Below, piece after piece: positions 12,801 through 24,800 of a DNA stretch of 64,000 nt. The notes under the pieces were generated by a model. The model did not search any database, was not told the DNA's origin, and saw nothing but the letters and a program-made list of their open reading frames with translations. The position numbers and the translations under genes are program-made. The stretch's first letter is position 1; the number at the start of each line of letters is the position of its first letter. The DNA is from Enoplolaimus lenunculus (taxonomy: Eukaryota), in assembly GCA_030248215.1 (NCBI GenBank), contig JASANG010003092.1, positions 744,001 through 808,000 on the forward strand, written 5' to 3'.

Positions 12801-15800
12801 TATTATTATTAACTTTGCCACGTACCAAAGCAATTAAAACCGACACTTAATTCGGCAACAATTTTACTCAGTTTTAACCATATTTTTAGGAGGGATTTAA
12901 AAACTGAGAACAGTATTTTATTCAAAACCAAAACCGCTTACTAATAAAAACCGAATTCTTTTTGCCAATATTATTATTAACTTTGCCACGTACCAAAGCA
13001 ATTAAAACCGACACTTAATTCGGCAACAATTTTACTCAGTTTTTACCATATTTTTAGGAGGGATTTAAAAACTGAGAACAGTATTTTATTCAAAACCAAA
13101 ACTGCTTACTAATAAAAACCGAATTCTTTTTGCCAATATTATTAACGACACTGCCCAAAAACGACATCCTTCGATTAAAACGTAACAGCCGAATAAATCG
13201 AAGCGTTGCCATGAAAACCAAAATTCCCAGTAAACACGTAAAAATTTCGTCCCAAAACGCCAAATTCACAAAATTGATGTACGTATCTAAAATATTGAAA
13301 TATGTCAAAAATTTAGTGTAACCAACGTAGTGGATACTTTTGAAACTTTGTAATACCCAAGGTCGATACTTTATCATGTAAGGGCACATATTCTCAAACA
13401 ATTTGGATGCAAACGTTGCACAGAAGTAGGGCAAATCAAACCGAGCCAATGTGCTGATTTTTGAAGCATAATTCACTGATTCAAAGAATACAGCATATGC
13501 GATCAACTAGGCTGGTGATAGGTGCTACACACATTTGAGAATATGGACAATACTTTGAGCCAAAATCACTTTACAGTTTCTTCACTGGTTGTAAAAGATT
13601 GCTCACTATTAATGTTATGCAACTTGTAATAATTAATTCACTTCCCACTTGTATATCCTATATTTCGTTTGAGATCTAATTTCAAGCTAAGATTTGAACC
13701 AACAACTCTCTGGTGCGAGGCGTTTATCAACACCGCCAGAAATCTTGGAGCTTCACGTCTAAGCCGCGAAACTTTTACGTTTTGTGGAGATTTTGTACTA
13801 CGAATAAGCATGTGCAAAATAAAAAAAATTCAATTTACCATACTGATGTTCGACAACTTCAGCAACAACTACTTTCGCTGCAATTTCTTTTAATATATAC
13901 ATCGCAATGCAAACAAACCGCATCACCAGTGTGATAAATTCGGTCGCGTTCCAAAACTGTCGCAAATAATCAAAACCTTTCTAAAAAATTTAAAAATTTC
14001 AAATTTATCGTATTTAAATTTGGTATCAAATGGAAATTTCAAACTAAATAACTACCTAGAATTAGAATGTTCAGTGAAAAAGGAATACAAAAACACTTTT
14101 AAGTACAGCACAGCGAACACTGTTTCGGCTGACGTTTCACATGCTATGATTCCCATAATTTCAAGAGGCACACAAGGATTCCACATGATTTTAAAAAGTT
14201 CCGAGACGGAAGCAAAATTGGCTTTGCATTGTTCACCACGATTTTTTTTCCAAACTGCTAAACTAAGCAGTTGGTTTCGGCAAGTAATACTCTTTAGCCA
14301 AATAAGCATTAAACCACGACGCTAACGGCCAAATACAGGCCCGTGTCCTGTACACCTTGGTAGTGAGGCTACAAGTTTTCAGGAGAGGCATACAAAGGTG
14401 TTCAATAGCCAAGGTTGAAAATGTTCCAGAGGGCCAAACTTTTTCCAGGGATAGAGGCTAAGCCCCCAACGATACCCCTTGGCTACGAGCCCGATTCTGC
14501 AGTAATCGAACTTACATTACGCAATTCTCGAATAGATTCAATACTGTAATAACAGGTAAATCCAATGAACGCCAAATTCGACATTAGCACAAATATTCCC
14601 ATACCACCAAGATAGTTGAATAAGCGAAATACCTACAATTAACCGTTAGAAAATAGGTTTATGACAACAATCTGTTAGCTGAAAATATATATATTTCATA
14701 CTTTGAACTCCTTAAAAACGTTTAACATTTTACTAATACGCTAACGTTTTGCCCTTATCAGAAATAGGCTGCATTCATGAAAGAAAAATAAATCACTTCG
14801 AACCCAAAGCGACCCATTTCAATGTTTACATCGAACGTTTTGATTAGTTTAACTTGCAATTACTGTAATGACTTGAATAAGAGGGGTTAATAATATGAAA
14901 ACAGTAGCTATTTTTCAGTCAAAATCATTAGGAGTCTTAGTGGCCAAATAACAACACGGTACGCTCTCATGAGGCAAAACAAAACTCCGCGCTCTTGTGG
15001 TTCCGATCGCTACACTGTGTCTACGCTGTAACACCAATGTCTCAACCCAATGTCCAAGATCGTATTTTCAAATGGAGCACCTTGTTCTTCTACACTTTTC
15101 CTCATATTTACGGTTTCGGCTTACATAGGCCTTGGTCTAACGCTTAGGAATAGACAAACATATTTCTAAACGTAAGCCTATGCCGCGTTAGGCTAAGGAG
15201 TAAGTATAGGTAAACCTATTGCTAAACCTAAACCTAAGCGAAGGAGAAAAAAATTACAAGATGCAGAGCAAGTGAACTATTACTTTGATTTCGTCAAACG
15301 GAAATATACGACCAGTGGGTGAGATTTCAGCAACGATAACAACCGAGCTGAACAAATTGACATGGGTGTTGAACGTTGAAAATTCAATAATCACTACTTT
15401 TGTGTATTCGTCAATCCAATTTTGCGTCAACACTTCATTCATGGTTTGTTGGGCCTAAAGACAGTGGAATATGAACAAAATATTAATAGAGTTGCAACAA
15501 TTGCTAACAGATTCGTTCATTTCATCCCGGGCCAATGCAACTTTAAGGGGCGTAACAGTAGATTAATCGTATTCCTAAGCCTAAGCCAAAGCCTAAGCGT
15601 TGCAAAAAATGTGTTCCTAAGCCAAAGCCTAAGCGTTGCAAAAATGTGTTCCTAAGCCAAAGCCTAAGCGTTGCAAAAATGTGTTCCTAAGCCAAAGCCT
15701 AAGCGTTGCAAAAATGTGTTCCTAAGCCAAAGCCTAAGCGTTGCAAAAATGTGTTCCTAAGCCAAAGCCTAAGCGTTGCAAAAATGTGTTCCTAAGCCAA

Positions 15801-18800
15801 AGCCTAAGCGTTGCAAAAATGTGTTCCTAAGCCAAAGCCTAAGCTTGCAAAAATTTTCCTAAGCCAAAGCCTAAGCGTTGCAAAAATGTGTTCCTAAGCC
15901 AAAGCCTAAGCTTGCAAAATTCCTAAGCCAAAGCCTAAGCGTTGCAAAAATGTGTTCCTAAGCCAAAGCCTAAGCGTTGCAAAAATGTTTTCCTAAGCCA
16001 AAGCCTAAGCGTTGCAAAAATGTGTTCCTAAGCCAAAGCCTAAGCGTTGCAAAAATGTGTTCCTAAACCAAAGCCTAAGCGTTGCAAAAATGTGTTCCTA
16101 AGCCAAAGCCTAAGCGTTGCAAAAATGTGTTCCTAAGCCAAAGCCTAAGCGTTGCAAAAATGTGTTTGTAAGCCTAAGCCCAAGCAAAAAAATGCAATCC
16201 AGAATCTAAACCTACTGATTTAGAGACCCACCAGAAACCTGGACACCCCTTAAAGTAACATGGGCCTCGCCCTTTATAAATTTCAAAAATAGCCAAAATA
16301 TGTTACCGCGGAGTAGGGGCGTAAACAGGCAGATTAGGGTGATATCGCCTATTGAAATGTAGGAGAAATAAGCCAAAATAGAACAAATGTGAAAAGGGTG
16401 TTTTTAAAATTCAGTATAAAACTAGTTCAATCTCATAGACTTAAAAATATTTCTGGTTCGCTAGCAAAAAAACTATTATTTTTAAAATCTTGGCTACACT
16501 TCTACCGCAAATGCGCTTACCAACAGAGTAATATTTGCTTAAACCACGAAAGGTATAATTTTGTATTGAATATGCATTATAACTCAGTAAACGGGTGATT
16601 ATACGAAATTAGCTGAAATGTTATGGACGACTCTTTAGGGTTGCGTTATACTTGACGTCCGGCGCCGTCCGTCACGGTGCGTCATCCGTACGGCGCTGTC
16701 CGTCACATCCGTCACGCGTACGACGCTGTTCGTCACCGTACGTCACCATACGTTATCGTACGTGAGTGATTTGCGTACGATACCGCACGTGACGGTCGGC
16801 GCCGCACGACAAAAAAGTATAGCGCATCCCTAACCTGTTCAAACATGAATATTTGCTATATTTAGAATCCGAACCATAGAAACTAGACGTGCCCAAGTTA
16901 CAATTATCTTATATACGCGCTGTCGGTATATACGCACGGTAAGAGTATGTGAATCATAGATTGCCATAAATGTGCACATATACCGGAATATGAAGTTGAA
17001 ATCGATCACATGGTTTAGTGAAAGCGTATTCGACTCGAATGCAAAAAGAGCCGAGGTTCTATTTCCAGCGCGGTCCTTAACTTTAGGCAAAACTTCGAAC
17101 ATGAGTCGTACCGACCGTGTAGTTCCAATAAGCACATTGCGCTGAATTGCTCATAGTCAACTCTGTGTGAGAAAGGGTTGAGCCGTATACTTCTACATAA
17201 TTACAATATTTAGTACACAAACATACAACAAATATTGAGTGACCTGAAATAAAGATCTGGATAACGATACTGTATATCCACCTCCAGGATATGTGCGCAG
17301 ACCAGCTTTCAGTGGAACACTTTTCAACTCAAATGAACTCTAAAAGAAGTTAAAAAATATTAGACCATAAAGATAGGGTTGCGCGCTATACTTGTTGTAC
17401 GGCGCCGTCCGTCAACCGTACAGCGCCGACACGTTATCGTCCATTCGCCAGTACGGATCCGCCCGACACCCATACGGCGCCGTCCGTCACCGTACGGCGC
17501 TGTGTGTCGCCGTCCGTCATCATACGGAACGATAGGTAATTCGCGTGCGATACCGCACCGTGACGGACGGCGCCGTACGCGTAACGGACGGCACCGGGCA
17601 GAATCAAAAGTATAGCGCTACCCATAAACTGATTTTCAAAGCTGAGAGCTATGCAATTGCAAGAGATGGAGCATTTTTCTCAACTTTTATAGGGATTGGG
17701 TAAGTATGGAAACGTACAATTTCATTCAAGTATACTTGTCGATTTACAAGTCTTGTAAAATATAATGCAGAGGAACCTACGACAATTCGTCGCCCGAAAA
17801 CTGGTCACCCAACAGTGACCGTAAGCCAATGAATAAATCTAAACATAATCCTAAGCGTAATCCCAAACCTAAGTCTAAGCCTACGCATAATGATAGGCGG
17901 CGAAATATCGAGTCGATGAAATTTTGGATTACAAGTTGTCGGTTGACGAGTTGCCGATCGACGAATTGTCGTAACACCAACGCAGAGTCAGCCATATGTT
18001 TGAACCTTTTCAGTTTACCCTTCATCGCATGCTTGCCCCATACTGAACCGATTTTACAGTTTTTTTTTCATATTTGAATTTCTCATCTCCTCGTTCTGCT
18101 TTTAGAAACGAATAGTTTGTTGACGACTAATTAATAAAAACAGCTAAATTATTAATGGTACGTTTTCAACATACCCGGTGGACCCAAAAGTTTTCTTTAT
18201 CGTTTCGACGTGGGTCACTCTTGTTCATGACCGATTCCCAGCCAGGAGTAAAATCATCTGTTTGGCTTGCAAGCAGTCCTGTCTTCCAACACGATTCCAT
18301 ATTCAACAAACACATATTAGCTAAAAGTTGTGTATTAACTTCTGTTTAAAAAATCAAATAAAGATTGTGAATACGTGGCTTATTTTAGTTCAAAACCAAA
18401 CTAAATTAGTATGTTTAGATCTGGTTGATATTTCGCTGATGAGATTCATTTTAAAAAAATTAAATACTGCACAATTGATTGATCGCAATTGTGGCCAGTG
18501 TTACTTTTAGCCTTAATGGGCGTAACAGTAGTAGAGGCATATCCTAAACTTAAGCCTAAACGAGAGCCTCGGCGTACGGATAAATAATTTTATGCCTGGG
18601 ACAGGCCTAAAACCCCAGGTTAGAAATCAGCCTAAGACTTTAAAATATTTAATTTATGTCTTATATATACTAATGTTAAACCTTTAGCCCAGATGTCCAT
18701 CATATGGCATCAGATATATTTATATAACGCCCAACGAGGCCCAAACCCCTATAAATACTATAGACTTTAAAATATATAATTTATGTCACATATATACTAA

Positions 18801-21800
18801 TGTTAAACCTTACAATATAAGCCCAGGTGTCACAATCGTCTGGCTGACCAGACTAACTTTTTTTAATTCGTTGTTGCCTCAATCGAGGTGGCCCAGTTCG
18901 CAAATCCATTCGATTCGACATCGTCAACCTTTGGCGCCACGACATATCACCACCGTCGTACCATTTTGTTGCGTACATCGTTTGCAGAAAAGTTTCATTC
19001 AGCCATGTTTTCAGTTGATCCTTTGTGTGAATCTGAAAGCAAAATTTTTAAAATCGTTTTGTCGGTTCTCATATTAACTGTAGGAGCCTGGTTGTTAAGC
19101 TGAAACGTAAACATAAGCCTAACCCTAAGCCTAAGCTTCGTAGTCTTCATGTCCTCGAACAGCTCTGTTTCCCACTAATGACTTCCCTATAATTAACGTG
19201 GACTGTTTTTCTAGTGAGACAGACGTATTTGTACAACAGTGATATAGCGCATACCGCCGTAGCTTCAGTGGTTACTTTGCGTGCATTGCAAAACAATGCT
19301 TTGCATCTAAACGATATGCTGGCTAATAGACCTTGAACGACTGGCTTAATAAAAGTGGCTTTGGGTATTAAACAGGTAAGGCGAGGTTTACCCTAAGCCT
19401 CGATTATTAGTCCAGTTATTCAATATCTGTTAGCCAGCATGGTCAGGTGTAGCCTGAGCCTAAGGTTGGGCGCAGGTATACAATAAACATTAATAAGAAA
19501 CGTTTGCCTTCTATCAAATTAACACCAGTGTGACGGAACGTAAACAAGTACTGATTATTTACATTTTCCAAAATTCGACCCTCTTCAATCGAATTAGCCG
19601 CCGTGCCGGTAAACGCTTGCCGAATCGATTTGCTAACGAAATACGAATGCTGATCACGGGAATGATAGCCGAGAAACATTAACACCAACAAATAGATCAT
19701 ATAAACCGTGAGATCTAAAATATGTAAAAAAATTCCGACTGTCATTGGCGAACAGAAATGCTTAAATTGGGTTGCGCCGGAACCGAAAAAACTACTAAGA
19801 TATTCGTTAATAGAATGGCATTTGGCCGTGAGATCTAAAATATGTAAAAAAATTCCCACTCTCATTTGGTGAACTGAAATGCTTAAATTGGGTTAAACCG
19901 GAACTGAGAAAAAGTACTAAGATATTCGTTAATAGAATGGCATTTGGCAGATGGCTAACAACCGTTCAAATAAGGCCCCGTTTTTTACCTAACAGTAGTT
20001 GAAACGGTTTGGAGGCGCCCTTTCTCTTGGAACTCAGTTCTCAATAGGCGATTTTGATCTTAAGGAGAATTTATTCCGCCTGCAATTTAAATATTTGCAA
20101 GAAATGATTACGCAATTAAGATATAAACTAGTTAACACAGTTGCACGAATATGCAACGCTCATAATGCGTGGACTGCTGGTATATTAAATCTTTAACATG
20201 ATTGTTCGTGAGCAAGACTAAAGCTTTACTGACCACAGAACTTGGAAAAGTTATGATATGCTACGCAACACACTTCCTATATGCACAAATTCTAATTTAA
20301 AACAATATATAGAACTATAGACGGTAATTATTCGTTTGAAACTAATAAATATACTGTACTGTCAGGCTTTGTTTGCTTCTGCGCTGGAACTCTGTCCAAA
20401 ATACGTATGAGGAGCGTTCCAGCTTGACATTCATGAAATAGATTTAGTACGGCTTTAGGATACAGCTCAAATAAGTTCCGCTAATAACTCTGAATTTCTT
20501 AAACTTAAGCAAACACTAAGTATGCCAACCCCAAATAATTTCGTTCATTTTAATTTCTTTTTCACGCTGAGCTCGAGCCAATTCAAGTTTTCTTCCAGCC
20601 ATCGGTTTGCGCTTTGCGTTCGCTTGTCGCTTACGTTGAATTACTTCGACTGAAACAAAAAGTGAAATAATTTGAACTAAAAATAACTAAACATCCAATA
20701 GTTTTCGAGCTAAAACCATTCAAAATTAAATAATTTGAACTTGAAAATAAAACCAACAACATCATCATTAGGTGAATCTAAGGCAATTAGGCGTTCGATA
20801 ACTTGTCGCATGACACTGTCCGGGCCACATCATCGGACAGGCCGCGTCACATAAAGCAAAATTGCGGCAAAAAATAGAAATTTGGATACGTCGGTTTTGA
20901 AGTTTTTTAGCTTAAAATTAAGCTGAAAATTTTTTGGGCAAACTGAACATCTAAAATTATATTCCTTCGTCGAATGTTTCGGTCCACCGCCTACTAAATT
21001 CAGTTTAAAATTGTGCTCAATAATTTGCATAGAAGTATGATAAATCAACTTAAAAATCGCTGAAATGCTACTAAGGTCGAAGCCTCATGGATCGAATAGA
21101 GAAATTACCTTGCCCGCCAAGACGCTTCTATTTCTATGGTAACCTTTAAGGTACACACCTTGTTTTACTTTTCCCTTACAAAAAGCTTCCCACACACATG
21201 AATATGCTAATAAAACAACTTATGGTTCAGCGTTAGCTCTAGGCTTAAATTTTGGCCTAGTCTAAGCCGTAAACGTAAGTCTTAGGTTTGGCTATGGAAA
21301 ATAGTAATAAAGTACTGTGTATGATCTTTACCCTTTTATCAAATAAATACTAGTGTGCGGGGGGAAACGGAAACAAATGCCACCGCTACACTTACCTTGC
21401 GCTAATTTTTCCTGCGTCAAAATCAGTTCGTCGGCGTTCGGCAAAACAATCATGGAGTCGTTGGAACCAGGCGCTTCAGCGTCTTCACCGTCGTTGTCTG
21501 CAGGTTTCCGAAATATGAACGACAACACCAACGCCAGAACGAATATCTGAAATTGTCAGGCGATTGCTTCCGTGGGTACATCTATGATTTTGGTTTGGGC
21601 AGGGCGACATATACCCTTTGCTGAATGAATTACCGTAGATGGCTTATCAAATATCTGAAACTTTAAAACATCTGCTTCCATATGAATAGTCAGGATTTTG
21701 ATTAGGAAAGACCTCAAAGGTAAAAGCATTAGGCAGTTTACCCCGCTGAACTAATTGATTTTTGCTAACACATTCTCATATGGCGAAAACTCGATATAAA

Positions 21801-24800
21801 TACCGAAGATAATACAGACTAATCCTGGTTTCGACATAGAAAGTTGCACTATCACGAATGAGTTTTGAGTTTCGGTCAATGCATAGAACAGGACCATAAC
21901 AGTAATATACGCACATTTCTAAGCCTAAGCATATGCCTAAAGCGGAACTCAGAATTCTTTCGTGATCGTGCAACTTTCTATTTCGAAACCAGGATTATTC
22001 AGTATTATCCTCGGTATTTATATCGAGTTTTCGCCATATGAGCATGTGTTAGCAAAAATCAATATAAATACCGAGGATGATACAGCCTAATCCTGGATTC
22101 GAAATAGAAAGTTGCACTATCACGAATGAATTCTGAGTTCCGGTCAATGCATAGAACAGGGCCATAACAGTAATATACGCACATTTCTAAGCCTAAGCCT
22201 ATGCCTAAGCCAAAACACAAACAATAAAAATAGCCTAAAGCTAAAGCTTACTCTGTTGCAGCCCCACAGAAAAACGTTTCGCCCCTGGTCTTTATATGGT
22301 CCTGAGTTTCGAACAGAAAATGTAATACTGAGACCAGCCAGTAATCATAAACTTTGTTTACTTTTTATTAAGCGTAAACCGGAGTTTCTAATCCTAAACA
22401 ATATCCTCATAACTAATAGACCAAAGCTTACGTCAAGCACAAAGCATGTTTTCGAATTGGCCCTGTATGCAGCGCAAGCGGAACTCAATGTAACATCATA
22501 AACACAGCGGCATTACCAAGCCAGCTGCAAGAACTCGTGTGGTGGATGGGTTTTCTGGTACCACGACAATTCGCCGTCCGACAAGAGAACTCGTCAACCG
22601 ACAACTCGTCGACCGACAACTTGTAAAATCCGAAACTTGATCGACTCGACAATTCGTCGTCCATTATTATGCTTAGGCTTACAATTTAGGTTAGAATTTA
22701 GCTTAGAACTACGCTGAGCATATACGCTTAGACTATTTCAAAGGCTTTAAAACACCGTTGGGCGACAAGTTGTCGGGCGTCGAATTGTCGTAGCTTCAAT
22801 GTTCACCGATCATTCTGCTTGTAAATTGGAACACGTTTACCTTTAACGGCTGAACGCAAACAATACTTTGAACCATCGATAAGAGCATTGTAGTCAGCCA
22901 TTCAGCGGATCGTTCTTGTCCCCACTGCAACGAATAAAGGATAACAAAAAACGCTGATAGACAAATACTCAGCGCGACCAAACTCCACGCGATGTACACC
23001 ACCCAGTATGGCAACAGGAACGGCGTTTTCTTTTTAGATCCACCGCTTGCGGTAGCCCTGAAAACATAAATTTTTAACCAATAATACGGCAGTTTTGACA
23101 TCTACAGTTCACTTTTTCTCTATTTTTTCAACGTAACTTAAAAAAGTGGAAGGAAATTTGGTTTTGTTTTTATTTTTTCAGATAAAAATGAGAAATACAC
23201 ATGGTTTCAGCCGTACGAGATATTTTATACATGACCAAAAAATATAAAAGCTACGCTAAATGATTTTGCTCAAGGAACATTTTCATTGGATAGGCAACTA
23301 CTTAGGGTTGCGCTGTATTTAACGTCGGGCACTGTCCGTTCCCGTGCGTCACCCGTACGGCGCCGTCCATTACCGTTCGTCACGATACGTTATCGTACGT
23401 GAGTTATTTGCGTACGATACTGCACGGTGACGAACGGCGCCGCACGGTGACGGACGACACTGCACGGTTACGGACGGCGCCGTACGGATGACTGACGGCG
23501 TCGTACGGGTGACGGACGGCGCGTACGTCAAAAAAAGTATATCGCTATAGCGCCACCCATTGTGTTATAAGCGCGAAAAAAAACTACAATTTTGGTCTGA
23601 TTGAAAATGAAATTGGGGTTCGTCCAAATGGCCAACGTCTATAGCGCAGGACCTTAACAGTAGTATAAGCATATTATATAGCCTAATTCTAAACTTAGCG
23701 AAAACTGAAGCGTAAGAATGAACTTATGCCTTAGCATAATCATAAACAAAAATATTAGTCGAAAGCTTAAGCTTTACTCTATTTCTGTCCCGCAGAAAAA
23801 CGTTAAACACCTTATCTTTATGGGCTGTCCAAATTTGAAACGCAGCTCGAACTGCCAAAAGATCAGCCTGCAAAAACAAGCCACCTACTTTAAGTCATCG
23901 CCTTCGTTGGATTTCTTCGCGATTTGTGACTTCACTCCGTCCACCACGCTTCCGACAAAATTGGTAATTTTTTCGCTTTTCTGAACTTTGCCAGTGACAG
24001 TTGGCAAATCTTTCTCAATCCATCTGAAAAAAAAGCATTAGCTTTAAAAACTTAAATCTTATACATTTCCTGGAAATTGCCAAACATCGTTTGTTTTTAA
24101 AATACAAAATTAAAATAAATTTTTTGAAGACTGATTTACAGCTTTAAAATAGTTTGACACCAACGCGCTGAATGTGCTTGACTAAGAAAGTAAGCTTTTG
24201 ATTTACATTGTGAAAATTGTGCGCGCTAGATAATACACTCAAATTAGCAACATTTGCACCAGAGTTGAAAATAGGTCAGTGAGTTTCTTTGGGCAAATTT
24301 TTTTGGGAACTTTGATGAACTGAACAGGCCATGGATAAAAGGGGATGTACCAGCGTGAAAAAAATGCAATCCAGCACCAGATTTTGGTGTAAATTTTAAT
24401 TCGCATGACCATTTTGCTCCTGGGCGTTTATTAACTGAAAAAATTTAAATGGTAACTAGGTTGATGGGTCGTAAGAGTCGTATTTCACAGTGAGTCATGG
24501 GTTACATGCTGTGACCCAATTCCATCTCTGGCTTACACAGTCCGCATCTGTCAACAATCACTTGGAAGCTTAGCCCGTATTCTCAAATGTGTATAGCACC
24601 TATCATCACCAGTTGGTGATAGGTCCTGTAACTTTGGAACATGCCCACGGTGAGGTTCGAAATTCAGCACATTGTTTGCGTTTAATTTGCCCTACTTCTG
24701 CACCAATTAGCTAATCTGCAATTGCAGTTGTTCGTCACTTTGAAACCTATCGCTAACCGATGATAGGTACATACCTACGCATATAAGAATAATTTGAAAG

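Noticed and set aside
10954..13145. CRISPR-like array or repeated small genes (68-aa ORFs)
   Set aside because: There are no unique spacers and no cas genes, and the context is a eukaryotic intron. The ORFs are by-products of the repeat
14052..14309. Alternative S3 exon (contains WN and a hydrophobic stretch)
   Set aside because: Splice signals are weak, and 13839-13980 is a much better S3 match in the correct phase
18635..18812. Direct repeat of about 50 bp in intron 47
   Set aside because: An ordinary intronic duplication that does not touch a splice site
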